This document shows positions 19,596 through 34,094 of a stretch of 64,000 nt of DNA, in pieces. A program made the position numbers and the translations under genes. Within the stretch, counting starts at the first letter, position 1, and each line of letters opens with the position of its first letter. The notes under the pieces were generated by a model. The model saw only the letters and a program-made list of their open reading frames with translations. It did no database searches and was not told where the DNA came from. This DNA comes from Nannocystis bainbridge. Lineage in GTDB: Bacteria; Myxococcota_A; Polyangia; Nannocystales; Nannocystaceae. The stretch lies in NCBI RefSeq assembly GCF_028368995.1, contig NZ_JAQNDL010000001.1:1568001-1632000 (forward strand), given 5' to 3'.

Positions 19596-20174
19596 ATGTC
19601 GATCTTTACCCATACTCCCTGCATCGCCCTCGCCCTCACCCTCGCCGCCTGCGCCAGCGAGCCCGCCGGGGACAGCACCACCGATTCCCCTGACACCGGC
19701 ACCGACACCGATGATTCGACCGGCACCGGCGAACCGGCGTGCGTCGAGGACGACCTCATGCCCAGCCCGTTCGCCGGCCCCGGCTTCGACCCCGACAAGG
19801 GCGGCCTGCAGGAGCCGCTGCAGGACAGCTACGTGGCCAGCACCACCGTGCTGGTGCTCCGCCCGGAGAAGGCCCAGGAATTCGTCGAGACCGTGACCGC
19901 GATGATCCCGGTGCTGCTGGCCAACCCTGGCCTCGTCGGCTTCTCGACCGCGCAATCGATGAAGTGCGGCACGGCGCGGACCCTGGCGGTGTGGCGCGAC
20001 GACGCGGCGATGATGAACTTCGTCGTCTCGGACGAGCACGTGGCCGGCATGACGCGCACGAGCGAGTTCAGCACCACCGGCACTGTCACCTCGTGGAAGG
20101 TCACACGCGCCGAGCTGCCGATCGCCTGGGACGTCGCCATGACCCGGGCCAGCGAAGCGACGCCCTCGTATTGA
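19596..20174 (+). CDS. Lipoprotein with ABM/DUF3291-like dimeric alpha-beta barrel domain
   Basis: LAAC lipobox, AGGAG RBS; NPGLVGF..TLAVWRD.AAM.NFV.S..H..M pattern. Confidence 0.7.
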   Translation: MSIFTHTPCIALALTLAACASEPAGDSTTDSPDTGTDTDDSTGTGEPACVEDDLMPSPFAGPGFDPDKGGLQEPLQDSYVASTTVLVLRPEKAQEFVETVTAMIPVLLANPGLVGFSTAQSMKCGTARTLAVWRDDAAMMNFVVSDEHVAGMTRTSEFSTTGTVTSWKVTRAELPIAWDVAMTRASEATPSY

Positions 20175-20426
20175 TGGCAGACGCGCGCGCCCGAGGTCGT
20201 CGATTCACGCCCCATCGTGCCGCGGCATCGAGGTCGAGCCATCATGCGCGCCGCCTCGTCCCCGTGATCGAGGCGGCCTTCGACTCCACGACGTCGCTCG
20301 CCTCGCGTCCGCGCGCCCGCCGCGAGCGCGCATGCCGGCTCTCTCGCGGGCGCCATGGACCGCTGGATCGCCGACCGCCTCGCCGCGCGGGTCTCCGCGC
20401 CCGCGCGTGATACGTTCCCGCCCATC

Positions 20427-21512
20427 ATGCGCGCGCTCGCCCTCGCCTCCGCGCTGCTGCTGCCCGCGTGCGCCGGCCGCTACCCGGACGCGCACGACCG
20501 CGTGCGCGAGCTGACCGGGGCCGCCGAGCCGCCCGCCTGGCCGCGCGACTGCCTGGTCGCCAACCACGTCCACACCCTCGTCTCCGACCGCTACAGCCAC
20601 GACCCGACCGCCGCCAACGAGCCCCGGGCCTACGACCCCGCCGGTCTGCGCGCCGCCATCGCCCTGTTCGCGCGCGACGGCGTCGGCGCCATCGTCGTCA
20701 CCGATCACAACAGCCCCCACGCCGGCTTCGACCCGGCCGTGGCCACCGCGCCGCTGACCGTGATCCCCGGCATGGAGTGGACCACCCGCCGCGGCCACGC
20801 CCTGCAGATCGGCCTGCGCCTGGACCGGCCGGCCGACGCGATCCTGCCGCCGCGCTGGCGCGACCGCGTCGTCGCCGAAGATTTCCGCCGCATGGTCGAG
20901 GCCACCCATTCGCACGGCGGCCTCGTGATCATCGCCCACCCGCGGGTCCCGTTCCGCACCTGGCCCGACGACACCTTCGGGGCCGACGGCGTCGAGATCT
21001 GGGGCCTCGACAGTGTGGTGATTCGCAACCGCCAGGCGGTGCGCTGGTGGCACGATCGGCTGATCCGCGGCGAGCGGCTCATCGCCGTCGCCGGCACCGA
21101 CCTGCATCCCGGCGCCTGGTTGCGAGATCACCGGAGGCCGCTCAATCGGGTCACCGCGGCCACCTGCGGCGCCGACGACGTGCTCGCCGGCCTGCGCTCC
21201 GGGCACGTCCTGCTGGTCGACGATGGCGCGGCGCCGCGCGTAGTGCTCGCGGTCGACGGCGAGGCGCGGCCGGGCGACACTCTCCCCCTCGAGGGCCGCG
21301 GCGAGATCGATCTGCAGCTACGCGTGCTCGCCGGCAAAGGGGCCCGGGTCCGCCTGCTGGGCCCGGCGGGCGAGCTGTTCGCCCGCACCGTCGCGGGGCC
21401 CGACGAGACGGTGCGACTGCGGCTGCGCGTGCGCCCGGGCGAGTTCGTGCGGGCCGAGCTGCACCGCCGGCGCAAGCCGCTCGCGCTGACCAACCCGGTG
21501 TATTTCCGCTGA
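20427..21512 (+). CDS. PHP-domain (CehA/McbA-like) metallohydrolase lipoprotein
   Basis: HVHT..SD, VTDHN, GMEWT..GH, IAHP, AGTDLH, TNPVY. Confidence 0.85.
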   Translation: MRALALASALLLPACAGRYPDAHDRVRELTGAAEPPAWPRDCLVANHVHTLVSDRYSHDPTAANEPRAYDPAGLRAAIALFARDGVGAIVVTDHNSPHAGFDPAVATAPLTVIPGMEWTTRRGHALQIGLRLDRPADAILPPRWRDRVVAEDFRRMVEATHSHGGLVIIAHPRVPFRTWPDDTFGADGVEIWGLDSVVIRNRQAVRWWHDRLIRGERLIAVAGTDLHPGAWLRDHRRPLNRVTAATCGADDVLAGLRSGHVLLVDDGAAPRVVLAVDGEARPGDTLPLEGRGEIDLQLRVLAGKGARVRLLGPAGELFARTVAGPDETVRLRLRVRPGEFVRAELHRRRKPLALTNPVYFR

Positions 21513-21646
21513 CCGGACGACCCTCGCCGCATCGGCGACCGGCGTGGCGAGCTGCACGCCCCGCCGCGTCGGGGTGGTCGAGAAGGCCGACGGCCTGTTC
21601 GCGCTCGCGCGCCTCGGCGACGGCGCGGGCCAGCAGGTCCACGAGA

Positions 21647-21711
21647 GGACATGTCCTGGAGGGCATGCTCTTTCGGTCATGCCCTTTAGGACATGCCCCC
21701 GAGGACATGCC

Positions 21712-21712
<1 letters not shown>
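21647..21712. repeat. 14-bp-phased RRRCATGYYY array (5 units)
   Basis: CATG at 21650, 21664, 21678, 21692, 21706; abuts the stop of the CoA ligase. Confidence 0.92.
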
Positions 21713-23268
<1,556 letters not shown>

Positions 23269-23569
23269 CGCCCGCATCGTACCAGGCGCGGCCGCCCGCT
23301 GCTGGCCGCCCGCCGCGGCCCCGACGGCCCGATCCACCCATCGCCGCCGACGCTGCGTCACCCGCGACCAGCGGCGCCTCGCGCGGCGATCCCACCTCGG
23401 CCGGACGGGCGCCGCGGCTCCTACGATTCGCCGCGCTCTCGCCAATGCCCGGCGGCCGCGAATGCGCATAGCGGCCCGATTGGCGGCCCGCGGGGCCTCC
23501 CTGCCCCCTTCCCTCCCGCGTGAACTCGCTCACCCGGGCCGGGCGCGCGCGTGTGCGAGACTGCGGCGA

Positions 23570-24511
23570 ATGACCGCGAGGGCCCCCTTCGCCACCTTCG
23601 ACCGCGACGCGTGGGCCCGGCTGCGCGAGCAGACCCCGCTGACGCTCGGCGAGGCCGACCTCGACGCGCTGCGAGGCATCAACGAGCGGCTGTCGCTGGT
23701 CGAGGTGCAGGAGATCTGGCTGCCGGTCACGCGCCTCCTCAACCTCCGCTTCGCCGCCTTACGCGAGCTCGGGCGCGTCACCCAGACCTTCCTCGGCCGC
23801 ACCGGCCCGGGCCTCGCCTCGCCGTTCATCCTCGGCCTCGCGGGCAGCGTCGCCGTCGGCAAGAGCACCGCCGGGCGCGTGCTGCAGACCATCCTCTCGC
23901 GCTGGCCCGAGCACCCGCGCGTCGACCTCGTCACCACCGACGGCTTCCTGTTCCCCAACGCCCAGCTCGAGGCGCGCGGGATCCTCGGGCGGAAGGGCTT
24001 CCCCGAGAGCTACGACCTGCGCCAGCTGATGCGCTTCGTCGCCGACGTGCGCGAGGGCGCCGAAGACGTCTCGGCCCCCGTCTACTCGCACCTCATCTAC
24101 GACATCGTCCCCGACGAGCGGCAGCACGTGCGCCGGCCCGACATCCTCATCCTCGAGGGCCTCAACGTGCTGCAGCGCGGCGCGCACGCGACCGGCCGCA
24201 AGGGCGTCTACATCTCCGACTACTTCGACTTCTCGATCTACGTCGACGCCGACGAGGCCGCGATCCGCGAGTGGTTCTTCCAGCGGTTCCGTCGCCTGCG
24301 CGAGACCGCCTTCCGCGACCCGCACTCGTACTTCCACAAGTACGCCAGCATGCCCGAGGCCACCGCCATGCAGCTCGCGCACACGGTGTGGGACACCATC
24401 AACGGCGTCAACCTGCGGCAGAACATCGCCCCGACCCGCGAGCGCGCCGACCTCATCCTCGAGAAGGCCGCCGACCACTCGGTCCAGCGCGTCCGCCTGC
24501 GCGCCGGCTGA
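23570..24511 (+). CDS. coaA: Type I pantothenate kinase
   Basis: [55 protein letters not shown]. Confidence 0.96.
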   Translation: MTARAPFATFDRDAWARLREQTPLTLGEADLDALRGINERLSLVEVQEIWLPVTRLLNLRFAALRELGRVTQTFLGRTGPGLASPFILGLAGSVAVGKSTAGRVLQTILSRWPEHPRVDLVTTDGFLFPNAQLEARGILGRKGFPESYDLRQLMRFVADVREGAEDVSAPVYSHLIYDIVPDERQHVRRPDILILEGLNVLQRGAHATGRKGVYISDYFDFSIYVDADEAAIREWFFQRFRRLRETAFRDPHSYFHKYASMPEATAMQLAHTVWDTINGVNLRQNIAPTRERADLILEKAADHSVQRVRLRAG

Positions 24512-24683
24512 AGGCCGCGAGGGCGAGCATCGGCGCTCGCGCGACGACCTCCGCGGCGATCACCCGCGCGACGGAGTGCGCGGGCGAACTCGAGCCATCG
24601 CCGATCTCGCCGCGCTATCGGGACGGGCGACGCCCGGATCCTGGACAGCACATCGCCTCCCGAGGTACGGCTGGCGCTCCGTC

Positions 24684-25373
24684 ATGACCGGCCTCCTCAT
24701 CAGCCCGGGCGCCGTCAGCGTGCATTTCTCGGGCGCCTCGGACCACGATCTCGAGCGCGGCTTCGCCGGGCTGAAGGCGCTGGCGCGGCGGCTGCATCTG
24801 CGGCGCCTCGTCTGCTGGGATACCGACGGCCGCACCGACACCACCGAGTGCCACCAGGGCTCCGCGCTGTTCGACGGCCCGCTCGAGCTCGAATTTCCCC
24901 GCCTCGTCGGCGTCTCCGCCGACTACGCGCTGCCCGACAGCGACGCTCTCGCCCGCCTGCTCGTCACCCGCGCCGACGCGGGCCTGGCCGTCAGCGGCGG
25001 GTTCCCGCCGTTCGAGGCCGACCTGGAGTTCGCCGATCCGCAGCGGACGCGCGGCCATGCCTGCCTCGAATTCGTGCTCGCCGCCGCCGACGCGCTCGAC
25101 GCCCGGATCGCCGTGTTCGTCAGCGGCACCGGCGACGCCATGCCCTCGGCGACCGAGTCCGACGCGCGGGTCCGCCTCGTCGCCCTGCCGGCGGCGCAGA
25201 TCGACGAGGCCACGCGCGAGCGCCTGCGCAGCGCCGGTGCCATCGTCGACGCACCTGACGAGCGCGCCGTCGCCGTGTGGCTGCTCGGCGAGCGCTCGTT
25301 CGCCCCGGGCCGGGCCCCGACCGAGGAATTGCTGCGACATGTCGAGCGGCTGCTCCGCGGCCCTGCGCGCTGA
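24684..25373 (+). CDS. Hypothetical protein
   Basis: GC-rich third positions, globular composition; no recognised motif. Confidence 0.55.
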   Translation: MTGLLISPGAVSVHFSGASDHDLERGFAGLKALARRLHLRRLVCWDTDGRTDTTECHQGSALFDGPLELEFPRLVGVSADYALPDSDALARLLVTRADAGLAVSGGFPPFEADLEFADPQRTRGHACLEFVLAAADALDARIAVFVSGTGDAMPSATESDARVRLVALPAAQIDEATRERLRSAGAIVDAPDERAVAVWLLGERSFAPGRAPTEELLRHVERLLRGPAR

Positions 25374-25764
25374 TCCCCGCCAATCACCACAGTCCGTCAC
25401 TACGGTCGCTCGCCAGGCGACCGGCGGTCGCCACGAACACTCACCGTCACGCGATCATCCTCCGATCGCGCGCCATCGACCCGAACTCCTCGCGCCGGAT
25501 CGCCTCGCTACGCCTCCGGTCACGCAGCGCCCTCACTACGCAGCTCGAGCGCGCCGTCGCAAAAGCGCGCACAAAGGCTCGCCGGACCGAGAAATTCGCG
25601 TGGGCCGGCGTGCTCAGCAGGACGGCCCACGCTCGCGGCACCGCCATTCTCGCGGCGCGATGCCGGATCGCCGCTACCTCGACGCCACGCGTGCAGGCAG
25701 CCCTCATGGGGCCCTCCGAGGCTCGCCGATCGCGGGGCTCGGCGGCCCGGTGATACGGTTCGCC

Positions 25765-26412
25765 ATGCTCCGCCGATCGTCGCTCTTGCTGGTCCTCACC
25801 GCCGCGGCCTGCTTCTCCGACAATGGGCTGTCGACCAACAGCGGCGTCAGCGTGAGCACTGCCGGCACGACCGCGACCGGCACCGACGCGACAGGCACCG
25901 ACGCGACCTCGAGCTCGACCTCGGACGCGCCGGTGACGACCTCGGCGGCGACGACGACCACCACCACCTCCGCCACCACTGCGCCGGCGACCACCGACGA
26001 GCTGACCTCGGACGCGCTGACCACCGGCGCCACGACTTCGAGCACGAGCGAGCCCGGCACCACCACCGGACCGGACACCGGCGAGGCCACCACCGACGCC
26101 GGCCCCTACGCCGCCTGCGCCGCCGCGGCGACCAACTACGAGTGCTTCGCCTGCTGTCAGGTCAACCACGGCGACTGGGAGGTGTTCCGCGGGACCGTCG
26201 CCGGGTGCGTCTGCGAGGACATCAATCACCAGTGCTACCCCGGCTGCGCCGGCCCGCTGTGCAACAGCGACGAGCTCGAGCAGTCGTGCTTCGGCTGCTT
26301 CCCCGCCGACGACGCCTGCATCGCGGCGGGGCTCACCGAGTGCGTGACGATCGCCGAGTGCGCCGCCTTCGCCAGCTGCCTCGAGGGCGCGGCCTGCAGC
26401 GCCAAGGGTTGA
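25765..26412 (+). CDS. Lipoprotein with Thr/Ser stalk and Cys-rich C-terminal domain
   Basis: AAAC lipobox, T/S-rich linker, about 16 Cys in the last about 100 aa. Confidence 0.75.
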   Translation: MLRRSSLLLVLTAAACFSDNGLSTNSGVSVSTAGTTATGTDATGTDATSSSTSDAPVTTSAATTTTTTSATTAPATTDELTSDALTTGATTSSTSEPGTTTGPDTGEATTDAGPYAACAAAATNYECFACCQVNHGDWEVFRGTVAGCVCEDINHQCYPGCAGPLCNSDELEQSCFGCFPADDACIAAGLTECVTIAECAAFASCLEGAACSAKG

Positions 26413-26529
26413 GCGGAGTCGCCGCGCCCGCGCTCACCGATCCCCTCGTCGCTGCCGGTTCAGGACCCTCCCCGGCGCGCCGTCGCCTTGCATCGCTCCC
26501 GGCCGCCGGCGGGAGTATCCTCGACCTCC

Positions 26530-27678
26530 ATGGCCGAGTTCACCGCGGGTCAGCGCATCGTCGGCCTCAAGTCCGGGTACCTCGTCGGCGAGCGGCTCGG
26601 CGAGGGCGGCTTCGGGCTCGCCTTCGTGGCGACCGCCGACGACGGGCGGCGGGTCGTGCTCAAGCAGCTTCGGCTCGCGCGCATGGGCGACTGGAAGGCC
26701 ATGGAGCTGTTCGAGCGCGAGGCGCGGGTGCTCGCCGCGCTCGCCCACCCCAACATCCCGCGCTGCCACGAGTTCTTCGCCACCGACGGCGCCCGCGCCG
26801 TCGACCCGGGCGAGCTGTCCGGCCTCACCGGCGACGCCTCGCTCGTGCTCGTGCAGGACCACGTCGACGGCGCCTCGCTGGCCGCGTGGGTCGCCGCCAG
26901 CACCCGCACCACCGCCGCCCAGGCCGAGGCCTTGCTGCGCAAGCTGCTCGGCGTCCTCGACTACCTGCACGGCCTTCATCCGCCGGTGGTGCACCGCGAC
27001 ATCAAGCCCGGCAACATCGTCGTCACCGCCGCCGGCGAGCCGATGCTGATCGATTTCGGCGCGATCCAGGACCGGGCCCGGCGCGACTCCGAGGTCGGCT
27101 CGACCAGCGTCGGCACCTTTGGGTTCTTCCCCATCGAGCAGGTCCTCGGCAAGGCCCGGCCGGCCTCCGATCTCTACGCCCTGGCGATGACCATGGTCGT
27201 CGTCCTCAGCCATCGCCAGCCCGACGAGCTGCCGCTCGACCCGTCGACCAGCAAGGTCGACGTGCGCGAGGCCTGCCCCGGCCTGCCCGAGCGACTGACG
27301 CGGGCGCTCGACGGCATGCTCGAGCCGGCCGTCGGCCAGCGCCTCGCCAGCGCGCGCGACGTGCTGGCGGTGCTCGACGGCGAGGTGCTGCAGCCGCAGG
27401 CCGCGGACATACCTGTCCCCAAGGCCAGGTCGCTGCCGGCGATCGTCTCGCGGGTCCCGCTGTACACCGGCGGCGCCGCGGCGCTGCTGCTCTACGGCTT
27501 CTTCTTCGACGCGTTCTCGGAGTCCGAGCTGGTCTCGCTCAGCTTCCTGTGGCTGATCCCGCTCGCGTTCGGCCTCGGCGCTCGCCTCAACGACTCGATC
27601 GGCGGCGGCCTGCGCTGGGCCGTCGGCGCCACCCTGCTGCTCGGGGCGTTCCTGCTGCTCGTGTTCCCGGCGCTGTGA
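26530..27678 (+). CDS. Ser/Thr protein kinase with C-terminal TM helices
   Basis: LGEGGFG, VVLK, FEREA, HRDIKPGN, IDFG, GTFGF.P.EQ, SDLY. Confidence 0.92.
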   Translation: MAEFTAGQRIVGLKSGYLVGERLGEGGFGLAFVATADDGRRVVLKQLRLARMGDWKAMELFEREARVLAALAHPNIPRCHEFFATDGARAVDPGELSGLTGDASLVLVQDHVDGASLAAWVAASTRTTAAQAEALLRKLLGVLDYLHGLHPPVVHRDIKPGNIVVTAAGEPMLIDFGAIQDRARRDSEVGSTSVGTFGFFPIEQVLGKARPASDLYALAMTMVVVLSHRQPDELPLDPSTSKVDVREACPGLPERLTRALDGMLEPAVGQRLASARDVLAVLDGEVLQPQAADIPVPKARSLPAIVSRVPLYTGGAAALLLYGFFFDAFSESELVSLSFLWLIPLAFGLGARLNDSIGGGLRWAVGATLLLGAFLLLVFPAL

Positions 27679-27854
27679 CGCCGCGGCCGGTGCGTGCGAC
27701 CAGCTCGATCCGCCGCCGCGCCGAGTCACCGGCGAAGTGCGAGGGCGCTCGCTGCCACGTCCGCGCGGCGTGCGTGCGTGCGTGCAGACGGATCTCGCAA
27801 CCACGCGCGCCGCGCCCCGCGAGGTTGCGGATATCATGGCCGCCGGAGACCGGC

Positions 27855-28655
27855 GTGCATCCTGCGACCATCGACATCGGCGTCAACCTCACCCACCGCT
27901 CGTTCGCCTCCGACCTGCCGGCGGTGCTCAGCCGCGCTCGTGAGGCCGGGGTCGCCCACATGGTCGTCACGGGCACGAGCCTGGCCGGCAGCAGCCGCGC
28001 CGTGGAGCTGGCGGTGGCGCACCCGGGGCTGCTGTCGGCCACGGCGGGCGTGCATCCGCACGACGCCAGCCACTGGGAGGCCGATGCACCCGCGCGGCTG
28101 GCAAAGCTCGCGGAGCGGCCGCAGGTGCTGGCGATCGGCGAGTGCGGCCTCGATTTCGACCGCGACTTCTCGCCGCGTCCCGTGCAAGAGCGGTGCTTCG
28201 CGGCGCAGCTCGAGATCGCAGCCGCGACCGGCCTGCCGGTGTTCCTGCACGAGCGCTCGGCGCACGCGCGCTTCGCGGAGATCCTCGCCGAGCACCGCTC
28301 GCGGCTGTGCGACGCGGTGGTGCACTGCTTCACGGGTACCAAAGCCGAGCTGCACCGCTACCTCGACATGGACTGCCACATCGGCATCACCGGGTGGATC
28401 TGCGACGAGCGCCGCGGCCTGCACCTGCGCGAGCTCGTGCGATCGATCCCCGCTGGCCGCCTCATGATCGAGACCGACGCGCCGTTCCTCGCCCCGCGCG
28501 ACCTCAAGCCCACCCCCAAGCGCAACGAGCCGGCCTTGCTGGCGCACGTGGCCGTCGCTGTGGCCAGGGCCCGCGGCGAGACTGTCGAGGCGCTGGCGGC
28601 CAGCAGCACCGCCACGGCGTGCGCGTTCTTCGGGCTGAAGCTCGCGGCGGGCTAG
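27855..28655 (+). CDS. tatD: TatD-family DNase
   Basis: IDIGVNL, TAGVHPH, IGECGLDF.R, FLHER, VVHCFTG, GITGW, ETDAPFL; GTG start. Confidence 0.92.
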   Translation: MHPATIDIGVNLTHRSFASDLPAVLSRAREAGVAHMVVTGTSLAGSSRAVELAVAHPGLLSATAGVHPHDASHWEADAPARLAKLAERPQVLAIGECGLDFDRDFSPRPVQERCFAAQLEIAAATGLPVFLHERSAHARFAEILAEHRSRLCDAVVHCFTGTKAELHRYLDMDCHIGITGWICDERRGLHLRELVRSIPAGRLMIETDAPFLAPRDLKPTPKRNEPALLAHVAVAVARARGETVEALAASSTATACAFFGLKLAAG

Positions 28656-28774
28656 GAGCCTGTCCGAGATGCGCGTCCGAAGACGCGGGGCCTGGAGAGC
28701 TGGGTGATGGCGGGCACGGAGCGGCAGAGTGGGGCCCCGCGTCTTCGGCCGCGCGATTTCCTGGACAGGCTCCT
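28654..28774. mobile_element. MITE-like / long hairpin element with 12-bp perfect terminal inverted repeats
   Basis: AGGAGCCTGTCC (28654-65) and GGACAGGCTCCT (28763-74); inner arms CCGAAGACGCGGGGCC / GGCCCCGCGTCTTCGG; overlaps the tatD TAG. Confidence 0.55.
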
Positions 28775-28946
28775 CGCGCTCAGCGCGGCAGGATCTTGCC
28801 CCCATTCACGCCGAAGGTGACGCACTCGGCGGTGAGGACCGCGTCGTCGCGGCGCCAGGCCACCCCGGGCGGCAGGCCCGCCCTGGGCCCGCGGCGCTCG
28901 CGGCCGCGCGGCGGCTGTCAACGGCGAGCCGCCCTCCCACGCCGAT

Positions 28947-28984
28947 AAACATGTCCCGATGGACATGTACCTCGGGACATTCAT
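28947..28984. repeat. 14-bp-phased RRRCATGYYY array (3 units)
   Basis: Cores at 28950, 28964, 28978 (aaacatgtcc cgat ggacatgtac ctcg ggacattcat). Confidence 0.85.
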
Positions 28985-28989
28985 CAATT

Positions 28990-29454
28990 TCAGCAGCCGG
29001 CGTCGGTCACGAACAGCACCGCGACCACGCCGTCGATCTCGACCAGATCGACGGCCTCGCAGCCGGCCGCGGGCTTCCCCGTGGCGATGCCCAGCGACGC
29101 CGCCGCGACGTCGTTGGCCAGGCGGAAGCGGCCGCTGGTCAGCGCCGCGAAGCCGATCCCCTGGGCCGAGGCGAACGCGTCGAGCCACACCTGCAGCGGC
29201 CGGCGCACGCCCTCCGGCGTGGCGATCTCGATGCGCCCGAAATCGAGGGCTCCGCGCCGACCATCGAACTCGAACACCACCGGGTATTCGCCGTCGAGCG
29301 CGACCAGCACCGACTCGCCGCGGTCCAGCGCCCGCAGGTCGCCGGCGGTGATGCTCGTGAACACGGGGGTCGCCGTGGCCACACCGCCGGCCGACAAGAC
29401 GTCTTCGCACCCCGTCACGAGCCACAATGATGCCACCAGCGTCCGTACCCACAT
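28990..29454 (-). CDS. Hypothetical lipoprotein
   Basis: MWVRTLVASLWLVTGC signal/lipobox, GAGGGGG upstream. Confidence 0.65.
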   Translation of the reverse strand: MWVRTLVASLWLVTGCEDVLSAGGVATATPVFTSITAGDLRALDRGESVLVALDGEYPVVFEFDGRRGALDFGRIEIATPEGVRRPLQVWLDAFASAQGIGFAALTSGRFRLANDVAAASLGIATGKPAAGCEAVDLVEIDGVVAVLFVTDAGC

Positions 29455-29582
29455 CCTAATTGCCCCCTCGCGCCAATGCTCGGCGCGCGTCGACCCTCGC
29501 GTCTTGCGGCGGCAGGCCCAGCGCGCCGCCGCCTTCTCCATCGGACGCGAGGTCGGGGCGGAGCCCGGCCTCGCGTGAATGT

Positions 29583-30518
29583 TCAGCTCTCGTCGACCAC
29601 CGTGTCTTGCGGCAGCAGATACAGCTCGACGTTGCCCTTGCCGTCGGGCCGCACCAGGTCGGGGCGGATCCCGGCCTCGCGCAATTGGGCCCGCAGCCGC
29701 CGCAGGTTGCGGTCCCAGTTCTGGCGCATGATCCCGCGGTCGGTCTCGTCGCCCCAGATCTCGCGCGCCACCGCCTCCCACGAGACGAGGCGGTTGATGG
29801 TCGCCAGCTCGCTGACGATGCGCGCCAGCAGGCCCGCGATCACGCACTCGGGCCGGCCCGGCATGCGCACGTAGACCGTGTCGTAGCGGGCCACGATCGT
29901 CAGCGGTGGGTCGTTCTGGCCGATGCTGCGGGTGCTGAGCGCCCCGTCGCCGAGCGGGCGGGCCTGGACGGCGAAGTGGTGCCCGCGCAGCTCCCACGAC
30001 GCACCGGCCGCCAGCTCGACCGGCTCGCGGTCGCCGACGCGCAGGGTGAAGCCGTCGGAAGTGCCCCAGATATACGCCTCGGCCCCCGGCAGGTACTCCG
30101 GGTGCAGCTTGTAGCTCGGCGTCTGCGACGGCCCGCTGCTCGCTGTCACGATCGAATAGACCGACTCGCTGAGGGTGCACTGCTCCTGGCCGTCGCCGTA
30201 GAGCACCATCACCCGGTCCGGCAGCTCGACCGCCTCGACGTCGAGCGTCACGTTCTGCGACAGCCGGATCCGCTGGCCCGGCGCGAGGATGATCGAAGAC
30301 TTGCGCTCGCCGTCGAGGATGATCCAGCGCCGCAGCGACAGGATCTGCAGGTGACGCCCGCGCATGCTGATGAACGCGTGCGCCTCCGACACCTCGGGGC
30401 TCTCGATCCGCAGCTCGGCCGTCGAGGCGCGGCCGATGAGCCCACCGGCTGCGACCTGGGCGGTGCGCCCGTCAGGGAGGCGAAAACGGACGAACGGGGT
30501 GTAGCGACCTTGCAACAC
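29583..30518 (-). CDS. FHA-domain protein with C-terminal winged-HTH (putative transcription regulator)
   Basis: IGR..AELRI..PEVSEAHA FHA motif; VSWEAVAREIWG...NLRRLRAQL..GIR.DLV..DGKG OmpR-like wHTH. Confidence 0.8.
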   Translation of the reverse strand: MLQGRYTPFVRFRLPDGRTAQVAAGGLIGRASTAELRIESPEVSEAHAFISMRGRHLQILSLRRWIILDGERKSSIILAPGQRIRLSQNVTLDVEAVELPDRVMVLYGDGQEQCTLSESVYSIVTASSGPSQTPSYKLHPEYLPGAEAYIWGTSDGFTLRVGDREPVELAAGASWELRGHHFAVQARPLGDGALSTRSIGQNDPPLTIVARYDTVYVRMPGRPECVIAGLLARIVSELATINRLVSWEAVAREIWGDETDRGIMRQNWDRNLRRLRAQLREAGIRPDLVRPDGKGNVELYLLPQDTVVDES

Positions 30519-30593
30519 GGCGGGCCTCCTTCGAGCGGGGAACGACGATTGTACCAGTGAACCTGCGCGCGCAGCGGACCTGCGCCGGACTCG

Positions 30594-30809
30594 TCACAGC
30601 GACGGCGGGATGTTGATGCCCGACGGCGGCCGCGCGCGGAACTTGGCGCAAGCGCCGCAATCGCCGCCCTTGCCTTCGAGCGAGTCCGCGTCCTCCTTGA
30701 GCGTGGCCGGCCCTCCGTGGGTCGCAGCGGCGCGTTGAACCAGATCGTCGCAGCCGGACACGGCGGTGAGGGCGAGGGCGGCGAGGGCGAGAGTGACGGT
30801 GCGGGACAT
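30594..30809 (-). CDS. Small lipoprotein (71 aa) with CxxC
   Basis: GGAGG RBS, VSGC lipobox, DCGAC. Confidence 0.65.
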   Translation of the reverse strand: MSRTVTLALAALALTAVSGCDDLVQRAAATHGGPATLKEDADSLEGKGGDCGACAKFRARPPSGINIPPSL

Positions 30810-30819
30810 GAGGACCTCC

Positions 30820-30871
30820 AGACAAGTTGTTTGAGACATGTGCTTAGGGACAGGAATCTTCGGACATGGAA
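30820..30871. repeat. 14-bp-phased array (4 units)
   Basis: Cores CAAG 30823, CATG 30837, CAGG 30851, CATG 30865; fills the gap between the kinase stop and the next RBS. Confidence 0.8.
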
Positions 30872-30876
30872 TGGAG

Positions 30877-33849
<2,973 letters not shown>

Positions 33850-34094
33850 GAGGCTGAAACCACAATACCAACATTCACGCCGTTACGTGATCCGACCCCG
33901 ATCGGAACGGAAGAAACATCCTCACGAGCGGACTTGCCGCCGATTCCCCCCAAACCGCCGAAGCTCCGCCGCGGGCCCTCGTGACGGCGCGGACTGGCCG
34001 CCGGCGGCCTCGAAGGGCGCCTGCAGGTGCGCGAAGCCGCTCACGGGCCCCGCGACGGAGCAGCCCGAGCGACGCGGCGGCTCCGGCGCGCCTC

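Noticed and set aside
26142-27854. Long N-terminal extension on TatD (837-aa ORF)
   Set aside because: Off-frame overlap with the lipoprotein and kinase genes; TatD homology starts at about 27855.
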